From Antedon mediterranea (Eukaryota > Animalia > Echinodermata), in NCBI RefSeq assembly GCF_964355755.1, contig NC_092670.1, forward strand, positions 11,208,795 through 11,272,794: a DNA stretch of 64,000 bases. Reading direction: 5' to 3'. Below are positions 1 to 10,821 of this stretch, piece after piece; position 1 is the stretch's first letter; the number at the start of each line of letters is the position of its first letter. Position numbers and translations under genes: made by a program. Below the pieces are notes generated by a model, which was not told the DNA's origin, searched no databases, and saw nothing but the letters and a program-made list of their open reading frames with translations.

Positions 1-529
1 ATGCCAGTGAGGAAAGGGTGATGATGTGGGTGGTTTAACTGCAATAATAAAGATTTATACATAACATACAGCTGAAAACGCTAGCTCATTCCATTTAAAA
101 ACAATCTATATCCAACCTCTGCAGCACATATTGCCTTTACGACGCCTGAGGGAATAGACACTTGTGGAACAGAGATTGGAATGTTCTATTCATCACAAAA
201 CAATACATTTGTATAAACGTATATTAAATCTATCAAAATAGTATTTTTTAAAGAAAATCGGCCTGTCCTCAACATTATGATGCTGTACTCGAGCTGTTTT
301 CAGCCATTAAAAACAATTATTGTAGCAGAAGATAGGAAAATGCGAAGCATCCTCGTAATATTGTCTGCGGGTATTTTTCAAGAGGGACATCCATTAGACA
401 GTGTATACCACGATCAAAAAACACCCCTATTTGGGGCAAATCGTTGAACCTAAATTTGTTTTAATTGTCAATAACTAATTATCGAACTCAATTTAATTAG
501 TAAACAGGGTTACATCAGGTGGTTAAAAT
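1..529 (-). mobile_element. Partial non-autonomous Helitron copy in the last intron of FReD gene G0
   Basis: Near-identical to 17109-17637, which lies inside the Helitron at 16871-17744. At about 529 it joins directly to sequence matching 19836 onward. Confidence 0.7.
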
Positions 530-1054
530 TATTTTAAATGTTGTAGTTACTAAACCACTTCGGAAATTAGTTTTTGCTTCCATTGTTGTTTTTGAAAATC
601 AGTACATTTGTATTGAAAGTACATTTCAGTGAAAATAAAAAAATAATATTAATGTTTTATTAATGTTAATTTTATCATATTTTCATTTCAGTGGTATTTT
701 ATGTTGTATGTAATATGAATTAATATGGTTCATGTTAAAAGAAAAACAAGTAAAATAATAAGCAAACATTGAATGAGCAACAAATTATAATTATAATATA
801 GTAAAATAAATAAACCATATTGTATAATTTATAGAATAAAAAAAGACAAGAACACTATTTTTTTGAAAAAAAAAAAAAGTTTTTTGATTTTAAACAAATA
901 AAAAATCCCCTAAAACAGGATGTGAATCTCAAAAAACATAAATTAATCATTTTACATAGCATATATTAATATTTTCCATGTTTAAATAAAACAATTGTAT
1001 TAAAAAAACTGCATGTATGCAGTAAACTAAAGATGATATGTTTTGTTTGTTTAG

Positions 1055-1302
1055 GTGATTCTTTGGCATCACGCCACAATGGTCAACAATTTACAACCAA
1101 AGACAGAGACAATGATAAGTACGGTGGTAACTGTGCTGAGTCATTCAAAGGTGCTTGGTGGTACGATAGCTGTTATGCTTCAAACCTGAATGGGCTTTAC
1201 CTTACACCAGGTACAGATGATAGGACAAGCACCAACTGGTGGCTTTTCCATAATAACAAAAGTCTCAAGAAGACAGTGATGATGGTTAAAAGAGCACCAT
1301 AA
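1055..1302 (+). CDS. Terminal exon of FReD gene G0 (upstream exons outside the window)
   Basis: Acceptor tttgtttag at 1054, phase 1. Encodes (G)[20 protein letters not shown]...[24 protein letters not shown]...KRAP*, which carries the fibrinogen C-terminal motifs F(S/T)TxDxDND and GAWWYxxCxxSNLNG. Confidence 0.92.
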
Positions 1303-1315
1303 GATAGTTGTCATG

Positions 1316-1437
1316 ATTCAAACATGAATGGCTTTACCTACACCAGATACAGTTGATTACAATGGCATCAACTTGTATACTTTTGATAGAGGCCTTAAGA
1401 CAACAGTGATGATGGTTAAGAGAGCAGCACAAAATAA
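1316..1437 (+). pseudogene. Degenerate copy of the 3' half of the terminal exon in the 3' UTR (repeated at 2522-2643)
   Basis: tcaaacatgaatggctttacctacaccagataca...acagtgatgatggttaagagagca aligns to the [11 protein letters not shown]...TVMMVKRA coding sequence, with indels. Confidence 0.8.
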
Positions 1438-2334
1438 TCAGAATCTGTAATTATTGAATAATTTGACTTATGAATAATATATAGGAATAACGAAGATTCC
1501 TCTTTTGTTTCTTTTAGCTATTGTCCATTTGGAATTATCATTAAATAATTGTATTGTTAAATAACAGCTCGTTATCTAATCCAAATGTTACAGAATTAAT
1601 AATCGAATATATTGTCATATCACTTGTGATTTGTTTAAACATTATTAGTATTTTAATTTATATAATAATATAAATATTATGTAAACTTTCATTAGGCATA
1701 CAAAGATTAATAAAAGTTATTTTTTTAAATTTTATTATTATTTGAATTTATGCTATAACTACATATATAATAGTAACATTAATATTAATTGTTTTTAATT
1801 ACAAAATAACATTAAATTGATATTCAATCAGTGTATCATTTCATTACTGATAAATTAGTAGTTTGTAAATCTAACTTTAGGAGTATGATTTTTAGTCTAT
1901 ATTGAATCTTGTTTTAAAGTTATTAAAAATGAAATAAAAACATATAATGAATGTGTATGTATTTTTTAATGTAAAGATGGCTTTTTTAAAGATATTAACA
2001 ATCAAACAAAAAAACTCCAACATTGGATCTTCATAATAATTGTTTTGGAAATTCACTAAAATTTACTTATTTATGCAAATACGAGGGGGTTTATTCAGAT
2101 ATGAATACAAACAATATACATACAAATATATTATTCACCAACTGTTCTAATACCACACACGTGAGACCAAAGACGATCAATTATTAATTACATTCTAAGT
2201 GCATGTATAGAGGTAATTGGCAAGTTACTCGATGTTGGATGGAGATGAAATAAAAAATAAAAATGGCGTTCTATCAAATAAAGCGCGTCTTATTCTTCAA
2301 TACATATCAACAATATAGATGGATATAACGTTTT

Positions 2335-2508
2335 AACTGTGCTGAGTCATTCAAAGGTGCTTGGTGGTACGAAAGCTGTTATGAGTCAAACCTGAATGGG
2401 CTTTACCTTACACCAGGTACAGATGATAGGACAAGCACCAACTGGTGGCTTTTCCATAATAACAAAAGTCTCAAGAAGACAGTGATGATGGTTAAAAGAG
2501 CACCATAA
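2335..2508 (+). pseudogene. Orphan 5'-truncated FReD terminal-exon cassette 2
   Basis: Open frame [57 protein letters not shown]. It lacks the first 25 codons and the splice acceptor. Confidence 0.88.
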
Positions 2509-3540
2509 GATAGTTGTCATGATTCAAACATGAATGGCTTTACCTACACCAGATACAGTTGATTACAATGGCATCAACTTGTATACTTTTGATAGAGGCC
2601 TTAAGACAACAGTGATGATGGTTAAGAGAGCAGCACAAAATAATCAGAATCTGTAATTATTGAATAATTTGACTTATGAATAATATATAGGAATAACGAA
2701 GATTCCTCTTTTGTTTCTTTTAGCTATTGTCCATTTGGAATTATCATTAAATAATTGTATTGTTAAATAACAGCTCGTTATCTAATCCAAATGTTACAGA
2801 ATTAATAATCGAATATATTGTCATATCACTTGTGATTTGTTTAAACATTATTAGTATTTTAATTTATATAATAATATAAATATTATGTAAACTTTCATTA
2901 GGCATACAAAGATTAATAAAAGTTATTTTTTTAAATTTTATTATTATTTGAATTTATGCTATAACTACATATATAATAGTAACATTAATATTAATTGTTT
3001 TTAATTACAAAATAACATTAAATTGATATTCAATCAGTGTATCATTTCATTACTGATAAATTAGTAGTTTGTAAATCTAACTTTAGGAGTATGATTTTTA
3101 GTCTATATTGAATCTTGTTTTAAAGTTATTAAAAATGAAATAAAAACATATAATGAATGTGTATGTATTTTTTAATGTAAAGATGGCTTTTTTAAAGATA
3201 TTAACAATCAAACAAAAAAACTCCAACATTGGATCTTCATAATAATTGTTTTGGAAATTCACTAAAATTTACTTATTTATGCAAATACGAGGGGGTTTAT
3301 TCAGATATGAATACAAACAATATACATACAAATATATTATTCACCAACTGTTCTAATACCACACACGTGAGACCAAAGACGATCAATTATTAATTACATT
3401 CTAAGTGCATGTATAGAGGTAATTGGCAAGTTACTCGATGTTGGATGGAGATGAAATAAAAAATAAAAATGGCGTTCTATCAAATAAAGCGCGTCTTATT
3501 CTTCAATACATATCAACAATATAGATGGATATAACGTTTT

Positions 3541-3717
3541 AACTGTGCTGAGTCATTCAAAGGTGCTTGGTGGTACGAAAGCTGTTATGATTCTAACCTG
3601 AATGGGCTTTACCTTACACCAGGTACATATGATTACAGAGGCATCAACTGGAGGTATTTCCATAATAATTACAACAGTCTCAAGAAGGCAATGATGATGG
3701 TTAAAAGAGCACCATAA
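3541..3717 (+). pseudogene. Orphan 5'-truncated FReD terminal-exon cassette 3
   Basis: Open frame [58 protein letters not shown]. It is followed by the same 3' flank found after genes A and B. Confidence 0.88.
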
Positions 3718-3969
3718 GAGAATGTTCAGTAATTTGACTTTAATTTGGCTCATGATAAAAAATGGCAAATATTGATTTTATTAAAGATACAGTGAGATCA
3801 AAAATCATGTTTGGTTATCATACTTTTTGTGTTGTATTAATTATTTTAAATGAATAATAAAACCTTGGTTTAATAACATAATGACAAAATAAAATAAATT
3901 GGAATACAGTGCTTCCAATTTAATCACATACAGTACATAAGTTTATGATTAAGATAATTTATTAAATAA

Positions 3970-5174
3970 CTTAAGTTGTTATGCGAGAGTTACCTTTGCT
4001 GACTTCTCCTCAGCATTTAATACCCTTAATCCTGCCATCTTAATAGATAAGTTGATTAAGCTAGAGGTGAACCCATCCATAATTAAATGGATTGAAAGTT
4101 TCTTATGCAATCGAACACAGAAGGTATCTCTTGGTAACTATAAGTCGAGTGTGATCAACACAAATATAGGATCACCCCAAGGATGTGTGTTAAGCCCCCT
4201 CCTATTTATTTTATATACCAATGACTGTAAGTCAACTTCTAGTAGCATACATTATTTAAAATACGCGGATGACACCGCCATTGTTGGCCTATTAAAAAAC
4301 AGAGCTAGTGAAACTGAATATCATGATGAAATCGTTGCTTTTTCGAATTGGTGTAAGGCAAATTGCCTCTTACTAAACGAAAAGAAAACCAAAGAAGTAA
4401 TAATTGATTTTCGAAAAAAATGTACTGCTCTGGCTCCCCTAAAAATTAATAATCAGGAAATTGAATCTGTTGAAAGCTACAAATACCTAGGTGTGACTGT
4501 TGATAACAAATTTAGCTGGGAGAAACACTGTAAAAATACTATAAAAAAAGGAAATACACGACTGTTCTTTCTCAGAAAACTGAGAAATTATGGGGTAGAT
4601 AGAACTGTATTAAATTTATTTTACTCTTCGATTGTTGAGAGTGTGCTCACTTTCTGTTGTGTTGCCTGGTTCTGTGGATGTAGAACAGAAGAAAAAACCA
4701 GATTACAACGAATATTAAATAAAGTAGGTAGGATCACAGGATCTAGACATAATTTGGATGACCTTTGCAACAAAATCATAAGAAATAAGGCTATGAAAAT
4801 ATGCGACGACTCAAACCACCCTTTAAATAAACATTATGTTAAAATGAGATCAAAAAGACTAAATGTGCTGAGATCGTGCAATAGTAGGGTTATGCGATAT
4901 TTTAATTCTTTTGTTCCGTATTCTATTAGACTGTTAAATGATTTTGCATAATTTTTGAAATTTTTGATGTATTGCAGCTTTTTATTTTTTATCTAGTTAA
5001 TTGTAGTCTTATGTTCATACTTGTACATTGTTAAATTATATATAGTGTTTTTAAATATTGTAATTAATTTTTTTTATATGAAACGTTTTTATATATTTTT
5101 GTACAATTTTGTGAAAAGCACTCAAAATATTTTCCTATGTGGACGAAATAAAGTTATCAATTATCAATTATCAA
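3970..5174 (+). mobile_element. 5'-truncated non-LTR retrotransposon (Rex1/Babar-like), RT ORF about 3980-4951
   Basis: RT motifs DFSSAFNT, GSPQGCVLSPLLF and YADD. C-terminal RLFFLRKL...FY...VESVLTF...W resembles DUF1891. AATAAA is followed by a (ttatcaa)3 tail. Empty sites occur at the paralogous positions ~10245 and ~25990. Confidence 0.88.
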
Positions 5175-6128
5175 TTAAATATTAATATAGTATTATCAGA
5201 ATTTAAACAAATATATGCCCATATATAATACTACATAGTAATATCAAATTCCATTATTAATAAAAGATACTACTGTACTTGGTTGTGTTATAATCTTGAG
5301 TAAATCATAATATTGGTATTTATTTTAGTTTTACTAATTTAATTAAAACGGTGATTGGTTTTATGGTTATATTCTTTATAATTCATTCATTCAATCTTTT
5401 ATTTTGGAATCTTGCAAAGTAATATTGGATATAAATTAATTAAAAAATAAACTACTAATTATTACTACTCATCTCAGGATTGGGTTATTGGTAGAACCAT
5501 GGAGCTATAATAGTATTTCCATGATACAACTCAACAATAGACTTTATTCACATTATCAGAAATCTGCTGAGAACTAAATAACTCTTTAGAAAAACCTACT
5601 CTTTGCATGACCTGCAATTCAATATTAGTGTGAATGAAAAACTTGTTTTGGTCCATAAAATAGTACAAAAAGGTATCAAAGCCTGTTTGCCTGTAAAATT
5701 GTTTTTTAATGCTTAACTAATATTAAATATTAATTATTAATAATTTTTTCTCATAAGCAAATAAATACAACAAAGAGAACTAGAAATGCATGAAGTTTTT
5801 CTGTGTTATTTACCATTGATATTCATAACACTTGACCATATGGACAACTGGGGACAGAGAAACTAGGAGAAAGAGACAGTAGCTGAGAAAATCAAACTTA
5901 TCATCATGTCTTGAAAAAGACAATTACTAAAATCTCATTTACGAACAAATCAGCTAAACAAATTAAACAGTCACAACAAAGATAATTCTGTTTTGAGTGT
6001 TTACAAAAGTGTTTCAGTCTCATTCACGAATCAATTAGCTAAACAAATTATCAACAAATATCCAAACAAACTTATACGATGTTCAAATATTGTTCAGTAT
6101 AATGTGATTTGTAACATTGAGATTGCAT

Positions 6129-6296
6129 GAGAAATCCTATTATAAACCTTTTAGTTGAAAGGGTGTGGTTAGAAAACATCTGGGTTGTTCCCCAATCAAT
6201 CTCCATAAAAGAGAAATGTTCCAATATTGCAGTGTCAGACCCACGGCAATAGATTCATTGTTCAGCTGATGTGTAGAGAACATTGAAAATACAGTT
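6129..6296 (+). promoter_or_regulatory. Putative promoter and non-coding first exon of FReD gene A
   Basis: Block conserved before genes A, B and C, and partly D: gagaaatcc, GT-box gggtgtgg, gggttgttccc, TATA-like cataaaa, then a gtaagt donor at 6297. Confidence 0.55.
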
Positions 6297-6365
6297 GTAA
6301 GTACAGTATTATATTTAAAATTGTCAATTTAGAATAATATTAAAAAGGAATTTTTTATGACTTTT

Positions 6366-7258
6366 TAAGTTTATGAAACCACATTAAAATGTGGCATTTT
6401 AAGGGAAAAAATGTAGATTGAGGGTGCTGTTCATCCAAGTAAAAATACACTTTTTTCCCTATATTTAATTAAGTTTTAGCCATACTAATTTGAAAATGGT
6501 CTTATTTGATAGATAATTAAATTTTCTTGATATCAAAAAAAATTAATTAATATTAAATACACATAATTCTGATAAATTCATTTGAAGTGCTCAAAATCAG
6601 CAAATATAACACATTATAATACTATAACAAACGTTATTGATGTTAATAAATTACAAAGTTAGTTTTCATAAATAGAATTTGTTTACATTTTTATAAAATG
6701 TTGTTATTATACAACATATAATGAATGTAAATTTTTCGAAAAATTTCACAAAAAAAAACCCTTTTACGGCCAATAGATTTTGAGATTATAGGAATGTGTA
6801 CTACCATGAGTACATGTCAAAGGTCAATACGAAGATTTTAAGTAATTTTCTTGAAAAAGTTCTCATTAAACTGAATAGAAAATTTGAGCCCTATTTAAAG
6901 TTTGTCCAACTGTTAGTTACGAAGTTATATCATATGTAGGTCAAAGGTCAAAAATGCCAAAAATCATACTTCCGGCCATTTTTGGACAAACTTTTCCATT
7001 AGAATGAATATTAATATGCATCTTCCAAATAATTTGAAACTAAAATTATTTAATCTAAGCGTTGCAAAGATATGACCATTTTATTTTCAATGGGTCAAAA
7101 TATTTAAATTGAGGTCAGAGGTCAAATTTGAATTTTAGAAATTTGACAACATGGGTTTTTATAACCAGCATGATTCAAACATTCATAAAACACAATGTTT
7201 ACACTTTCCCCATGATCTCCACATGAAGGCACTTTTTTTTACATAGGGAACTGGACTA
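6366..7258. mobile_element. Probable DNA transposon remnant in the 5'-UTR intron of gene A
   Basis: Absent from the homologous intron of gene C. Contains repeated ggtcaaaggtca motifs and ends ...gggaactggacta (TAG-type, Academ-like terminus). No matching left end was found. Confidence 0.35.
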
Positions 7259-7631
7259 ATAATGAAATGCGCTTGTTTGGCTACTCTGTATGCATACTCA
7301 TAAAACTTCCTCATGATCTGTGTGAAAATACCTTCTTAACCGTGACGAGTTGTAAACAATCCTAATTTAGCATATGCATAATGCGTACTCATGGTTAGAA
7401 ATCTTTGTTTACTTTCGCTCGTGACGATTTTCCAGATGAACAGTGTAATCAAACAAATTTACCTGACTTGTTGTTTTTGGCTTAAATTTTCGACTTAAAG
7501 TGAATAACTTTAATATTACTGTACTTTGATATGGCCACTTTAAATTTAGAATATTTTGACCTTCATTTTTTTGTGTTTCAAGGGACAATACATCTTTAAA
7601 TCTGTCAATTGTATTAAGTGAGCTTCCAAGT

Positions 7632-9979
7632 ATGGATTCCAGAGCTTTAGTCATCGGCTGTATGTTGGTTGTGTTAGCTAACTGTCACCCAAGTCAGAAT
7701 GTGTGTCCCCCTCCCCCAACAAGTAAGTGGAAGATATATTCGCTATACACATAACAGGGCAATGGTAGAATAGGGGAAAGAGATTATCGCTCTCACAAAA
7801 GCCTGTCCACATACATGCCAGGCTTATATTCTAAATGTCTTCATTTAATAAAAAAAAAAGAAGAAAATTAGGTTAAACTAACTGTTTTTTTTTAAATCAA
7901 AAAAATTATACTATAAGATTTAGGATATTTTTTGGTAAATGAAATGATTGTATTTCAAAACCAATGTCAAAAAGACAACTGATTTTTTTGGAACAATCAT
8001 TTTCAATATCACGTTTAAACAATTCTTTTGTATAAATTTGCTTTATTGTGTACTACAGCGATCTTTTTTATTATTGCAAGACAAAACTTTGTCATTTTAG
8101 GATCTTTTATCAGGGACTGTGGTGACATTTTGTTAAATTGTCCCTCTGCATTGAGTGGTGAATATGTGATACAGCCAGGAGATGGAGGACGACAGTTTAC
8201 TGTCTACTGTGATATGAGGAAAGACGGAGGTTGGACAGTAAGTATAGTGGCGCAAAACCGAGGCCAAATACCTCTGTGGGCCCCGGAAAGGGTCTTGGCA
8301 AGCCCCCTTGGTCACTCTGGTATTAATTCTTATGACATATTAATGCCCATTTTTTATTCAAAATTTTGTAAGCTATTATTTTTTTTAACTTTATACCTGT
8401 ATTAATTACAGAATTTTTTTTTCCTGACCCTTGAGCTCAGGGTCTCTGGGGTTAGCTAGTGAGCACTCAAAACTGTTAACCTCTGAGTAAGTATATCAGC
8501 ACAAATTTATCAGAGGGGCTATACCTGGTTTTATGGCTTAGTATTTTGTGAAAATCTAATACAGCATTATTATGACACTATAACCACTGGCAGGTTAATT
8601 ACATGTGCCAGACCAAACCACACAAAATTCTAAAGCTTGCATATATAAGTATAACATTAAGCTAAAAACTGTAAATTAATGACAACTAATCGTAAAAGTA
8701 AAATTAATGGTAAAGTTCTTATTCCTATAACACTTAATAATAATACAGGTATTATTATCATTAACAGGTTATACAAAGAAGAGAAGATGGATCAGTTGAT
8801 TTCTACCGTAATTGGACAGAATACAAAGAGGGTTTTGGAAACATGAACTCAGAGTTCTGGCTTGGTAATGAACAGATACACCGTATAACAACTGATGGAG
8901 ATTATGAGCTCTTGGTAGAGATGACTGACAACTTGGACGTTAAACAAATTTCAAAGTATTTTCACTTCCATATTGGAACTGAGGACTCTAACTATACTTT
9001 GACAATCAATGGATACACAGGACCAGCAGGTTAGTATATCTTTAATAATAATTTTAAAAAGAAATTTGGCTATTCGTTGTCAAGCGAGGTCATTCATGTT
9101 CACTGCTGATTTGGATGAAAGAAAAAAATTGTACGATTTCAGAAAGCAAATGGTTTCTTGATCCATCGCTACAACTCTGAGCCCGTACCTCATAAATAGT
9201 TTTATTTGATAGTATATTAAATGTTGTAGTTACTAAACCACTTTGGAAATTAGTTTTCGCTTCCATTGTTGTTTTTGGAAATCAGTACATTTGTATTGAA
9301 AGTATATTTCAGTTAAAATAAAAAAATAATATTAATGTTTTAGTAATGTCAATTTTATCATATTTTCATTTCAGTTGTAATATGAATTAATATGGTTCAT
9401 ATGTTAAAAGGAAAACAAGTATAATAATAAGCAAACATTGAATGAGCAACAAATTATAATTATAATATAGTAAAATAAATCAACCATATTGTATAATTTA
9501 TAGAATAAAAGAAGAAAAGAACACTATTTTTGGAAAAAAAAAAGGTTTATGATTTAAAAAAAAAAAAAAAAACAGGATGTGAATCTCAAAAAACATAAAT
9601 TAATCAAAACACTCATTAGGTATGCATCATTTTACATAGCATATATTAATTTTTTCCATTTTTAAATAAAACAATTTTATTAAAAAAACTGTATGTATGC
9701 AGTAAACTAAAGATGATATGTTTTGTTTGTTTAGGTGATTCTTTGGCATACCACAATGGTCAACAATTTTCAACGCATGATAGAGACAACGATAAGTATA
9801 GTGGTAACTGTGCTGAGATACGCAAAGGTGCTTGGTGGTACAATGCTTGTGGTTATTCAAACCTGAATGGCCTTTACCTTACACCGGGTACAGCTGATTA
9901 CAGTGGCATCAACTGGAGGTATTTCCATAATAAAAACAGTCTCAAGAAGACAGTGATGATGGTTAAAAGAGCACCATAA
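7632..9979 (+). CDS. FReD gene A: secreted tachylectin-5/ficolin-like lectin, 244 aa; exons 7632-7722, 8101-8237, 8768-9029, 9735-9979
   Basis: GT-AG introns with phases 1, 0 and 1 give a continuous frame: signal peptide MDSRALVIGCMLVVLANC, Pro linker, RDC...VYCDM..DGGWT, VIQRREDGSVDFYRNW...EFWLGNE, GAWWYNACGYSNLNG. Confidence 0.92.
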
Positions 9980-10821
9980 GAGAATTTTTATTATAACTTT
10001 ATTAATTTGACTTTAAATTGGCTCATAAATATAAAAAATGGCAAATATTGATTTTATTAAAGATGCAGTGAGATAAAAAAATCATGTTTGGTTATCATAC
10101 TTTTTGTCTTATATTAATTATTTTAAATGAATAATAAAACCTTGGTTTAATAACATAATGACAAAATAAAATAAATTGGAATACAGTGCTTCAATTTAAT
10201 CACATACAGTACATAAGTTTATGATTACGATAATTTATTAAATAATAATTATAGTATTATCAGAATTTTTAAAAATATATGCCCATATATAATACTACAT
10301 AGTAATATCAAATTCCATTATTATTAAAAGATACTACTGTACTTGGATGTGTTATAATCTTTAGTAAATCATTATTTATTGGTATTTATTTTAGTTATAC
10401 TTTCTTTTTCTTTTCTTTCTTTTTTTCTTTTATTCAATTTTTCACACTTCAAAAATAATACAAGTTATGTTAAACAATGATAACAGGTATCATAGTAATA
10501 AAGATTAAGGTAATCAAACTAATTTAAACAAAATATATAGAGATACTTGTACTTTAAAAAAAAACAAAGAAGTGTGAAAGGAGGTCAAATAAGTATGATA
10601 CTTTAAGCTTGACCCCCTAATAAGACTGCAGGTTACTGTACATGACAAAAACAGCACATGAAATATTTATATTTTCATTAAAAGGGTTTTATGGTTTTAT
10701 TCTTTATAATTCATTCATTTAATCTTTTATTTTGGAATCTTGCAAAGTAATATAAATTAATTAAAAATAAACTACTAATTATTACTACTCATCTCAGGAT
10801 TGGGTTATTGGTACAACCATA

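Larger units (their letters stand above)
1128..3539 (+). repeat. Tandem duplication with a 1206-bp period, starting inside the FReD terminal exon
   Basis: aactgtgctgagtcattcaaagg recurs at 1129, 2335 and 3541. The two non-coding ~1 kb segments read as identical by eye. Confidence 0.93.

Noticed and set aside
1033-1054. ORF starts such as MICFVCL, MIQRR and MYKFALL as real N-termini
   Set aside because: They are translations of intronic polypyrimidine tracts or GTG/TTG codons at or near exon starts.
2311-3717. Cassettes as mutually exclusive alternative last exons (Dscam-like)
   Set aside because: The nearest AG (2318 and 3524) would put them out of frame with the phase-1 donor, and the Ca-binding DxDND segment is missing.
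1055-5174. Eukaryotic diversity-generating retroelement (variable C-terminal exon, template-like repeats and an adjacent RT)
   Set aside because: Differences between the cassettes and the gene are not adenine-specific (for example tct/tca, tat/gat, ggc/agc). The RT is a 5'-truncated Rex1-like LINE with a tandem-repeat tail, absent from paralogous sites.
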